Source: Synechococcus sp.
GTDB lineage: Bacteria; Cyanobacteriota; Cyanobacteriia; Thermostichales; PCC-7336
Assembly (NCBI GenBank): GCA_051439605.1
Contig: JBFRWN010000124.1
Span: forward strand, 136,366-200,365
Length of the DNA stretch: 64,000 nucleotides
Direction of reading: 5' to 3'
How positions within the stretch are numbered: the first letter of the stretch is position 1; every line of letters begins with the position of its first letter. Made by a program: the position numbers and the translations under genes. This document shows positions 55,549-64,000 of the stretch, in pieces. The notes under the pieces were generated by a model. That model saw nothing but the letters and a program-made list of their open reading frames with translations. It did not search any database and had not been told where the DNA came from.

Positions 55549-55929
55549 TCAGCATACATCCCCATTGCCCTGTCTGAGGGTTTCGCTTCGTTCCTTACTG
55601 GCAACCGTGAATCCAAACTCCTCTAGTTTTTTCATGTCCTGACGATAGATCCCAGTAAGAACGTCACGACTTTGGCGAATGGACTCTAACAATTCTTTAA
55701 GATGAAGATCGCGCTCTTCATAAGCTTGCTCTAGCTCGCTGCGCAGAGTATCCGCCCGCTCCTGTGCGGCAAGAGCAGCCTGAATGGTGGCAATTCTGGC
55801 TTCCCACTCGAGCATGCTCAATGGTGACTGGTTACCCAATTCAGCGTCCTTAGACTGAATGACTTGGGCCAACTGAATCACTTCATTGATTTTGCGTGGA
55901 ATAGAAACTCGGGGCTTATTTTGGGGCAT
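55549..55929 (-). CDS. Hypothetical alpha-helical protein (126 aa)
   Basis: Clean ORF, coiled-coil pattern, ..SPL..W..EERD....SRDVL.GIY....KL.EFGF.V motif. Confidence 0.7.
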   Translation of the reverse strand: MPQNKPRVSIPRKINEVIQLAQVIQSKDAELGNQSPLSMLEWEARIATIQAALAAQERADTLRSELEQAYEERDLHLKELLESIRQSRDVLTGIYRQDMKKLEEFGFTVASKERSETLRQGNGDVC

Positions 55930-56006
55930 CGGAATACCCTGACAATATCGTTCTTATAGCTAGGGCCAGTTTCATTTAGATCGGTGGACTCTAGACCCAG
56001 TGAAGG

Positions 56007-56450
56007 TTGAAACCGATTGCAATCCACAGCAACTTGAGTCTTGATAAAAAAGTGCTGCCATCACTGGCAGCAACAAGCCTTCAAGCAACAAAGGGACTCT
56101 CGATCGGGAGTGCAGTTAATACGCTTGCGGGCGACTGCGTCTCCATTCGGAATGGTCTCATTAATCGTAACGTACCCAGATATCTACCTAAGCTACCAGG
56201 GGAGGAAGAAACATTACCGCAAGTAAACTACAGATGTAATTCACTTGCGATCGCTTTGAAATCATCAAGATGCAAAATTGGTACAGGTTATTACAACAAA
56301 GATTTGACTGCCATCAATATTGACTGGATTAATATTGCAGTTTGCAGCAAATACGACATACTAGATGGAAAAAATTTCAATCTGGATGGAGGTGGCGTCC
56401 AGATTGCTCAAGTAGTCGCTGAACTCAAGTTCTCGAAAGCGAACGAGTGA
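56007..56450 (+). CDS. Hypothetical ORF, possibly a degraded fragment
   Basis: 147-codon ORF in the accessory patch, TTG start, no recognised motif. Confidence 0.2.
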   Translation: MKPIAIHSNLSLDKKVLPSLAATSLQATKGLSIGSAVNTLAGDCVSIRNGLINRNVPRYLPKLPGEEETLPQVNYRCNSLAIALKSSRCKIGTGYYNKDLTAINIDWINIAVCSKYDILDGKNFNLDGGGVQIAQVVAELKFSKANE

Positions 56451-56528
56451 AATGTCTTGAATTACCAGTCCCGATCTCGTAACTGCGAATAGGGTTAGGC
56501 GGCGATCGCGTTTACAATCACTGCGGCA

Positions 56529-57032
56529 ATGGGAACCTCCCCACGTGTGCAGTTTTTATCGCGTACTTTGATGGCTAACCACCGATTTACATATCCCATT
56601 CGGGTCTACCCTCACCACACCGACTACGGCGGAATTGTGTGGCACGGTACCTACGTTGCATGGTTAGAAGAAGCTAGGGTGGAGGTCCTACGACATATAG
56701 GCCTTCCGTTCGAGCAGTTGGTGGCGGCAGATATTAACTTAGTTGTGTCAGACATGAACCTGACCTACCGTCGATCGTTACAGATGGGCATGGAAGTGGA
56801 TTTATTGTTAGCCCCATCCCCTCCAAAAGGCATCCGCTTGCCTTGGGACTATGAATTGCGATCGCGCGATCGGCAAACCTTATATCTGTCGGCTACCGTC
56901 ACCCTTGCTCCAGTGAGCCTAAAGGGACAGCTTTACCGCCGTTTACCCAATACTGTTTCCGAGCTGTATATCTCGCTTGAAGAACGGCTAGCGAATGGGG
57001 ACATAGGATTGGCCCCAGCCGGAGGTTTCTAA
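56529..57032 (+). CDS. Acyl-CoA thioesterase (YbgC/4HBT hot-dog family)
   Basis: RVYPHHTDYGGIVWHGTYVAWLEEARVE. Confidence 0.9.
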   Translation: MGTSPRVQFLSRTLMANHRFTYPIRVYPHHTDYGGIVWHGTYVAWLEEARVEVLRHIGLPFEQLVAADINLVVSDMNLTYRRSLQMGMEVDLLLAPSPPKGIRLPWDYELRSRDRQTLYLSATVTLAPVSLKGQLYRRLPNTVSELYISLEERLANGDIGLAPAGGF

Positions 57033-57452
57033 CTTGGCATAAAAAAGTACCCTGAAATTACCAAGATGGACACAACTAAGGTTTGGGGCCCATTCTGGGC
57101 AGAGTGTTGAAAACAGTGCAAAATAGCGATCGAATGCTGTTGAGTTCAATTTCCTTTTAGTAGTTTGTATGGCTTGGCTCGGTTAATTTGGGCATCACCA
57201 CAATGCTTGGAATAGGATTTGGATCCGTGACAATGCTCAGCAGCTTGATGATTGACATACCACCATCATGTCCCCTACAGGGTTGAGATCTCCACTCATT
57301 GTTTCGCAAAATATGGCTATTATCGTCAACAGCTGATTGCGGCGTATCTCTAAGAGCTCTCGCTGCTTGCGTTTGCCAGCAAACGTCAGCAAGCGTAAGC
57401 TTTAAGTCCTTGAACGCCCTATGATTAACCTTTCTCTTCACTCGAATTCCCT

Positions 57453-60095
57453 ATGACCGCTCTTGTCATCGTTGAATCTCCCACCAAAGCCCGCACCATC
57501 CGCAACTTTTTGCCGGACGGCTATCAAGTGGAAGCATCAATGGGCCACATCCGCGATCTGCCCCAATCCGCCACCGAAATTCCTGCCGCCGTCAAAAAAG
57601 AGGACTGGGCTCGCATCGGCGTCAACGTGCGCGAAAACTTCGAACCGCTGTACGTCATTCCTAAAGATAAGCAAAAGAAAGTCAAGGAATTGCGCAGCGC
57701 CCTAAAGGGGGCTGACGAGCTGATTCTAGCCACGGATGAAGACCGTGAGGGGGAAAGTATTAGCTGGCACCTGCTGCAGGTACTTAAGCCAAAGGTGCCG
57801 ATCAAGCGCATGGTGTTCCACGAAATCACGCGGGAAGCCATCCAGAAAGCATTACAAGAATGCCGCAATATTGACGAGGATTTGGTCCACGCCCAAGAGA
57901 CCCGCCGTATCCTCGATCGCCTAGTTGGCTATACCTTATCCCCCTTGCTGTGGAAAAAGATTGCTCGACGATTATCTGCGGGTCGGGTGCAATCGGTAGC
58001 CGTTATGCTCCTGGTAGAGAGAGAGCGACAGCGGCGTGCTTTCCATCAAGGGGAATATTGGGACCTCAAAGCGGATTTAACCCAAGCTAAAAAGACATTT
58101 ACCGCTGAGTCCATCTCTGTCGCAGGCAAGCGTCTTGCCACAGGTCGCGACTTTGATGAGGCAACGGGAAAAATTGCCGCCGGTCGCGATGTTCTGTTGC
58201 TCGATCGTTCCCAAGCAGAGGAGCTGCAGGTCCGGTTGGCAGATAAGCCCTGGACGGTATCTGCGGTTGATGAACGGGCCAGCACCCGCAAACCGTCTCC
58301 TCCCTTCACCACTTCTACATTGCAACAGGAGGCCAATCGCAAATTACGCATGCCCTCCCGCGCCACCATGCGCACCGCCCAAAAGCTCTACGAAGAGGGC
58401 TACATCACCTACATGCGGACAGATTCTGTCAACCTGTCTCAACAGGCCATTTCCGCTGCCCGCAACTGTGTAGAAGCGAAATACGGCAAAAATTACCTCA
58501 GCCCCAAACCCCGTCAATATTCCACCAAAAGCAAAGGAGCCCAGGAAGCCCACGAAGCCATTCGTCCAGCAGGTTCTAGTTTCCGTGCCCCCGCCGACAC
58601 TCCACTCTCTGGCCCAGAGCTGGCGCTGTACGACCTGATTTGGAAGCGCACCGTTGCCACCCAGATGGCAGATGCGCGCCAAACCCACACCACCGTAACG
58701 ATGGAGGTGGAGGACGTCACCTTTAAATCCACTGGTAAGCGAATTGACTTCCCCGGATTTTTCCGTGCCTACGTGGAAGGGTCTGACGATCCTGACGCTG
58801 CACTCGAGGACAAAGAAGCGATTCTGCCCCTCCTAAAAGTCGGGGATGCACCCACCTGCAAGGGCATTACCCCCAGCGGTCACGAAACCCAACCCCCGGC
58901 TCGTTTCACCGAGGCGGCGTTGGTCAAGGCACTTGAAAAAGAAGGCATCGGTCGCCCCAGTACTTACGCCAGCATCATCAGCACCATTCAAGATCGCGGT
59001 TACGCCAAGGCAATCAAGAATGCCTTGGCCCCCACCTACACGGCATTTGCGGTCACCAGCCTATTGCAGGAAAATTTCCCCTCGTTGGTGGATACCCATT
59101 TCACCGCGCAAATGGAGGGAACTCTGGACCAGATTGCTACCGGGAAAGCGGACTGGCTACCCTATCTGACTCAGTTTTATTTAGGGGAAAACGGTCTTGA
59201 ACATCAGGTTAAGGTGCGGGAGAATGGGATTGAACCAAGCGCCGCCCGTGCAGTTAAGCTGGAAGGGTTAGATACAGAAATTCGCATCGGTCAATATGGC
59301 CCCTACATACAGGTGAAAGGGGAAGGCGAACAAGATGTGCGTGCTTCCATTCCCGCTGATGTGCCGCCAGCGGACCTGTCGGTTGCGGATATAGAACGGG
59401 CAATTAAGACCAAGTTAGAAGGCCCCGAGCAAATTGGTACCTTCCCCGAAGAAGACCTTCCTATCTATCTGTTAGTTGGCCCCTACGGCCCCTATGTTCA
59501 AAAGGGCCAGGCTAGCGACGACAACCCCAAACCCAAGCGGGTGTCACTCCCCAAGGGGATGAACCCAGAGGATGTAGACGAGGCAAAGGCGATCGCCCTG
59601 CTTCAACTCCCTCGAAAATTGGGTGAACACCCCGAAACTGGAAAAAGCATTCGAGCCGGTATTGGCCGGTTTGGCCCCTACATCGTCTGCGATGGGGATT
59701 ATCGATCGCTTAAGAAAGACGACGACATCCTAACGATCGCCCTCCCTCGGGCACTGGAGATGCTCGCTCAACCCAAGCGCACTCGCGGTTCCGCCAAGCC
59801 TATTCGGGAAGTAGGAGCACACCCGGAGGATGGGGAAATCATTGGCGTATTTAACGGTCGTTACGGACCCTACGTTAAACATGGTAAAGTCAATGCCTCT
59901 TTACCCAAGGATGTAACGATTGAGGAGTTAACCCTCGAACAGGCGGTAGAACTGATTGCAGCTAAAGGCAAGAGCAAAAAGAAGGGGACCAAAACTAAAG
60001 CCACTGCAAGCAAGAAGAAAACTACAGCCAAAAAGTCAACCACCCAAAAATCAAGCACCAAGACCTCAACGGTAAAAACCTCGAACAAGGCTTAA
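57453..60095 (+). CDS. topA: DNA topoisomerase I
   Basis: [48 protein letters not shown]-terminal repeats, Lys-rich tail. Confidence 0.98.
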   Translation: MTALVIVESPTKARTIRNFLPDGYQVEASMGHIRDLPQSATEIPAAVKKEDWARIGVNVRENFEPLYVIPKDKQKKVKELRSALKGADELILATDEDREGESISWHLLQVLKPKVPIKRMVFHEITREAIQKALQECRNIDEDLVHAQETRRILDRLVGYTLSPLLWKKIARRLSAGRVQSVAVMLLVERERQRRAFHQGEYWDLKADLTQAKKTFTAESISVAGKRLATGRDFDEATGKIAAGRDVLLLDRSQAEELQVRLADKPWTVSAVDERASTRKPSPPFTTSTLQQEANRKLRMPSRATMRTAQKLYEEGYITYMRTDSVNLSQQAISAARNCVEAKYGKNYLSPKPRQYSTKSKGAQEAHEAIRPAGSSFRAPADTPLSGPELALYDLIWKRTVATQMADARQTHTTVTMEVEDVTFKSTGKRIDFPGFFRAYVEGSDDPDAALEDKEAILPLLKVGDAPTCKGITPSGHETQPPARFTEAALVKALEKEGIGRPSTYASIISTIQDRGYAKAIKNALAPTYTAFAVTSLLQENFPSLVDTHFTAQMEGTLDQIATGKADWLPYLTQFYLGENGLEHQVKVRENGIEPSAARAVKLEGLDTEIRIGQYGPYIQVKGEGEQDVRASIPADVPPADLSVADIERAIKTKLEGPEQIGTFPEEDLPIYLLVGPYGPYVQKGQASDDNPKPKRVSLPKGMNPEDVDEAKAIALLQLPRKLGEHPETGKSIRAGIGRFGPYIVCDGDYRSLKKDDDILTIALPRALEMLAQPKRTRGSAKPIREVGAHPEDGEIIGVFNGRYGPYVKHGKVNASLPKDVTIEELTLEQAVELIAAKGKSKKKGTKTKATASKKKTTAKKSTTQKSSTKTSTVKTSNKA

Positions 60096-60246
60096 TCTAA
60101 AAAGGGTGGCACAATCCCCTTTGACTAGTTGGTAGTACAGATATTGTCAGCTCTGGGCTCGCAAATACCTGTCGGTGGTGTATTTCTGACGGTCAGGAGA
60201 CTAGATTTGAGACAGTCACTTAGCTATCTCTGGATAAACAAATAAC

Positions 60247-60274
60247 AAAAAAAAGGAGGGGGCATGCCCTCCTT
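60247..60274 (-). terminator. Rho-independent terminator after pilC
   Basis: Minus strand AAGGAGGG-catgcc-CCCTCCTT followed by a T-run. Confidence 0.8.
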
Positions 60275-60376
60275 ATAAATATGAAGTGCTGTTATTCCAT
60301 TCTGTAAAACCTCAGAAAATGACAATCTCTAGAAGCTTTTTTAGAATGCAATTCTTCTATCTTCAGTCCGTAAAAA

Positions 60377-61597
60377 TCAGCCGCTTTGTACAAGGTCGAA
60401 AATCTTGAACATTGGTAGGTACATTGCCACAATAATACAGCCTACCATACCTCCTAAAACTGCAATCATAATGGGCTCCATCAAACTGGTTAAGGACTTA
60501 ACCGCTTCTTCTACCTCCAGTTCGTAGAAATCAGCTGTTTTATTCAACATTTGATCTAATTCTCCAGTTTCCTCACCCACGCTAATCATCTGTATCGCCA
60601 TAACGGGAAAAACATCCGCTTTCCCCAATGTTGGCGCAATCGGATTGCCCGCAGAGATTGATTTCCGAGATGCGTCGATCGCATTGGCAATCACCCGATT
60701 TCCAGCTGTGTCTCGGACAATTTCCATGGTTGTTAAGATCGGAACGCCAGAGCGAGATAGAGCTCCGAAGGTGCGACAAAAACGGGCGACAGAACTCTTT
60801 TTAATCAACTCACCAAAAAGTGGAGTTTTGAGGGATAACGCATCAATTACTTCTCGCCCTGCAGGTGTTCTATAGAACTGCGTGAAAGAAAAGGATGCCG
60901 CAACAAACAAGACAATTACCCCCACAGTAATGACTGGAGTTCTCAAGATATCGCTAATGGTCAAAAAGAACTGAGTGAAGGCTGGCAGCTCTCCTCCTAA
61001 TTCTTCATAAATCCCTTCAAATGTTGGCAGAATAAAAATAACCATTCCTAAGAAAACAGCCACAGCCAACACTAAAACGGTCAAGGGATAAGTCATTGCA
61101 GACTTAATCTGTCTTTGCAGTTTATCTACATCCTCTAACAGTTTGGCTAGTCGATTGAGTACTTCGTCCAAGACACCACCCACTTCGCCTGCCTGTACCA
61201 TCGCACAATAGAGACCGTCGAAGGCATCAGGGTATGGACGTATAGATTCAGAAAGGTCTTTGCCTTGTTCAACATCTGCTTTGACCGTAGTCAAATATTT
61301 TTTCAACTTGGGGTTTTCGGTTTGATCGCACATGATATTGAGCGAACGCACCATCGAGACTCCGGCATTAATCAATGCGGCAAACTGTCTAGAGAAAACA
61401 GCTTTATCGCGGGTTTTGATGCTGGCCATCGACATCTCAAGCTGGCTGAGGTCGAAAGCCCCTTTCACTTCAGAAATGTCGCGCACGTAAACGCCGTTGC
61501 TACGCAACATTCTGCGTGCTTCATCCACAGAAGTTGCTTTGATCTTTTGCGAGACGGGACGACCCGCTTGGAGTCCCTGCACCTTAAATTGTGGCAT
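60377..61597 (-). CDS. pilC: Type IV pilus inner membrane platform protein PilC
   Basis: FSRQFAALINAGV, AGEVGGVLD, IKSAMTYP, VGEETGELD, AMYLPMF. Confidence 0.95.
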   Translation of the reverse strand: MPQFKVQGLQAGRPVSQKIKATSVDEARRMLRSNGVYVRDISEVKGAFDLSQLEMSMASIKTRDKAVFSRQFAALINAGVSMVRSLNIMCDQTENPKLKKYLTTVKADVEQGKDLSESIRPYPDAFDGLYCAMVQAGEVGGVLDEVLNRLAKLLEDVDKLQRQIKSAMTYPLTVLVLAVAVFLGMVIFILPTFEGIYEELGGELPAFTQFFLTISDILRTPVITVGVIVLFVAASFSFTQFYRTPAGREVIDALSLKTPLFGELIKKSSVARFCRTFGALSRSGVPILTTMEIVRDTAGNRVIANAIDASRKSISAGNPIAPTLGKADVFPVMAIQMISVGEETGELDQMLNKTADFYELEVEEAVKSLTSLMEPIMIAVLGGMVGCIIVAMYLPMFKIFDLVQSG

Positions 61598-61777
61598 TAG
61601 CTTTACACCAAACCCTTAAAACGTTGAAAAATATCTGTTAGGTGGCAGTTAATTCTTGTCACTAACCTGATAGTTGCCAGTTTCATAATTTCAAAATTCG
61701 GCAGGCGTCGCTACCGTCTTGTGGTCAGCATGCCCAGAATTATCGACAAATAATCTCGCTGCCGTTACAAACGGCGA

Positions 61778-62923
61778 TTATCTCGCTCGGGCCATCTGAC
61801 GGCCACGGCCTGCTGGGGGTTGTCCGGGACGTCCCTTTTGCAGTGCACCAGCCCCACCTAATAACCGGCTCAATTCATCAGGGCGAGAGGTTTTGGCCAT
61901 GGCACTGTCGAAGGAAATAATGCCGTTGTGATAGAGCTCTGCTAGGACTTTCTCGAGGGTTTGCATGCCCAACTTTGCGCCGGTTTGAATAGCCGAATAA
62001 ATTTGCGAGGTTTTTCCTTCCCGGATCAAGTTGGCGATCGCCGGAGTCACGACCATCAGTTCCTGCGCGAGCGTACGGCCATATTCTCCCGGTTTGGGGT
62101 TGGCTTTTGGCACCAGAGTTTGGGAAAAGACCGCAACCAAAGAGTTGGAGAGTTGAACGCGTACCTGCTGTTGCTGCTCGGGAGAGAATACATCCACCAT
62201 CCTGTCCACTGTTTGGGCTGCAGATGAGGTGTGCAGGGTCCCGAAGACAAGGTGACCGGTTTCTGCTGCAGAAATGGCCAATTGAATCGTTTCGAGATCG
62301 CGCAATTCTCCCACTAGAATGACATCGGGATCTTCGCGCAGAGCGGCTTTTAAGGCATTTGCAAAGCTACGAGTGTCCTCACCCAATTGGCGTTGGTGAA
62401 TGATGCTTTTATCAGGGGTGTAAACATATTCAACCGGGTCTTCAACCGTCAAGATGTGTTCCGCTCGAGTGTGATTGATAAAGTCCAACATCGAAGCCAG
62501 TGTGGTGGACTTCCCCGAACCGGTGGGGCCCGTCACCAAGACCAACCCCCGCGGTCGTTGGGCAATCTCTTTGACTAGCTCTGGTAGACCCAATTTATCG
62601 ATGTTGGGAATATCGGTGGATAGAGCACGCAATGCTGCTGCATAGGTACCTCGCTCCTTGTACACATTGACCCTGAATCGACCGATTCCACGCACGCCGT
62701 AGGAGCAGTCCAATTCCCAATTCTGTTCCAGATTCTTGCGCTGCGTATTGTTGAGCATGCTGAAAATGAGCTTTTGCACCACTTCAGGGGTAAGAGGCTC
62801 CTCCTCCACAGGCTCCAAATGGCCACTGACTCGGATGTAGGCTGGCAGACCGGCGGAAATATGCAGGTCAGACCCTCCTTTTTGAACGGTCAATTCCATC
62901 AAGTCTTCAATAGTCGTCATCAT
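61778..62923 (-). CDS. pilT: Type IV pilus retraction ATPase PilT
   Basis: SDLHISAG, GPTGSGKSTT, EDPVE, AAETGHLVFGTLHT, AIANLIRE; ATG 62923 after AGGAG. Confidence 0.96.
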   Translation of the reverse strand: MMTTIEDLMELTVQKGGSDLHISAGLPAYIRVSGHLEPVEEEPLTPEVVQKLIFSMLNNTQRKNLEQNWELDCSYGVRGIGRFRVNVYKERGTYAAALRALSTDIPNIDKLGLPELVKEIAQRPRGLVLVTGPTGSGKSTTLASMLDFINHTRAEHILTVEDPVEYVYTPDKSIIHQRQLGEDTRSFANALKAALREDPDVILVGELRDLETIQLAISAAETGHLVFGTLHTSSAAQTVDRMVDVFSPEQQQQVRVQLSNSLVAVFSQTLVPKANPKPGEYGRTLAQELMVVTPAIANLIREGKTSQIYSAIQTGAKLGMQTLEKVLAELYHNGIISFDSAMAKTSRPDELSRLLGGAGALQKGRPGQPPAGRGRQMARAR

Positions 62924-63082
62924 GGGCTTGTCTCCTGAGGCTAAAGTGGCGATCGCTTTAGCAAAAATTTGAGGGTTCGCTATTGACTGCGTATCATTCG
63001 CCTGCTGAATACGCGACATAAATTGAAGGGATTGATACCAGGAGTGATAGCTACAACTAGGGGGATATGGGCTAGGACAGGT

Positions 63083-64000
63083 TTACCCTGGGGCAGCAGC
63101 AGCCAACTCCTCAGCATCCTCCGGCTCGTTGTTAGCATCTGTTGTGTGAATAGATTCAAAACGCGGGGTGAGACAGTAAGGACAGCTCATCCATTCCGGA
63201 TGGAGTTCCCCACCACAGCTTTTGCAGCTGCTTGTCTGTTTTGCCCGTTGCTTGCGTTCCGAATCTAAGGCTTTGTCAGTCAACACTACGCGATTGACTT
63301 CATCTAGGGTGGTGTGACCTTGCTGCACGAGCTTGAGACTGTAGGTTAGTAGCGTGTCCATACCGCTTTCGACCGCTGCCTCTTTCAACATCTCCGTTGG
63401 GGCTTCCTGGTTGATCAGCTTGGCCAGCTTATCGTTCATGCGCATAAACTCGTACACCCCCACGCGCCCTTTGTATCCCACCCCTTTACATTTACGGCAT
63501 AGAGTTCGGTTTTTGCGCGCCTCTCGAATTTCCTTGGGGTTGAGTGCCTTGGCTCGATAGAAAGTAATTTGGTCGTTTAAGTTGGTGACTAAACCATATC
63601 GAGCCAGTTCTTCTGGAGCGGGTTGATAGGGCTCTCGACATTCGCTACAGACCCGTCGCATCAAGCGCTGGGCAAGTACACCCAATAAAGCACTTGAGAT
63701 ATTAAAGGGTTCCACCCCCATTTCCGTTAGACGAACAATGGCACCAGGAGCATCGTTGGTGTGAAGTGTCGTCAATACTAGGTGGCCGGTTAGAGATGCT
63801 TCGATCGCAGTTTTGGCGGTCTCGACGTCTCTTGTTTCTCCCACCAGAATGACATCGGGATCTTGTCGCAGGAAAGCCCGTAGAATGTTGGCAAAATCCA
63901 TACCTTTTTCTCGCAGCACCTGCACCTGCGTTACCCCTTTAAGCGAATATTCCACCGGGTCTTCAGCAGTACTGATGTTGATGCCGGGGTTATTCAACTC
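63083..64000 (-). CDS. pilB: Type IV pilus assembly ATPase PilB, C-terminal part (5' end outside window)
   Basis: TAEDPVEY, LRQDPDVILVGETRD, TGHLVLTTLHTN, GYKGR; cyanobacterial C-terminal CKSC...CPYC extension. Confidence 0.95.
   Translation of the reverse strand, partial: ELNNPGINISTAEDPVEYSLKGVTQVQVLREKGMDFANILRAFLRQDPDVILVGETRDVETAKTAIEASLTGHLVLTTLHTNDAPGAIVRLTEMGVEPFNISSALLGVLAQRLMRRVCSECREPYQPAPEELARYGLVTNLNDQITFYRAKALNPKEIREARKNRTLCRKCKGVGYKGRVGVYEFMRMNDKLAKLINQEAPTEMLKEAAVESGMDTLLTYSLKLVQQGHTTLDEVNRVVLTDKALDSERKQRAKQTSSCKSCGGELHPEWMSCPYCLTPRFESIHTTDANNEPEDAEELAAAAPG

Noticed and set aside
57157..57441. 94-aa minus-strand ORF upstream of topA
   Set aside because: No recognisable motif or SD; occupies the likely topA promoter region
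63083..63240. PilB C-terminal Cys4 extension
   Set aside because: Known feature of cyanobacterial PilB1, not novel

Overview
Chromosomal segment of a cyanobacterium: HIP1 octamers (GCGATCGC) are frequent, and it carries ndhI-G-E, the cyanobacterial atp operon and a phycoerythrin-type linker. Most of the window is housekeeping: pheT, an LptD-like gene, miaA, rbp, pdhC, sipA, mazG, ureE, an A-adding tRNA nucleotidyltransferase, pgm, the 8-gene ATP synthase operon, groES-groEL, pabBC, recR-ybaB, SpoIID, glgP, an ABC exporter, topA and pilB-pilT-pilC. There are also small decayed accessory patches (IS982, IS4 and TIR remnants). I found no rRNA, tRNA or CRISPR array. Four observations stand out. 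(1) A stand-alone 439-aa phycobilisome linker fuses a CpeC-like rod-linker domain, through a Pro/Ala tether, to an ApcG/ApcI-like FxxM core-binding module, which suggests a new way of attaching phycoerythrin to the core. (2) An orphan secreted protein consists of five 24-aa repeats of two types. (3) A tandem pair of 60-aa single-TM small proteins shows a clear coding signature. (4) A GroEL2-type chaperonin sits in an operon with groES under a CIRCE element and a K-box-like element. All family assignments come from my recognition of motifs, not from database searches.
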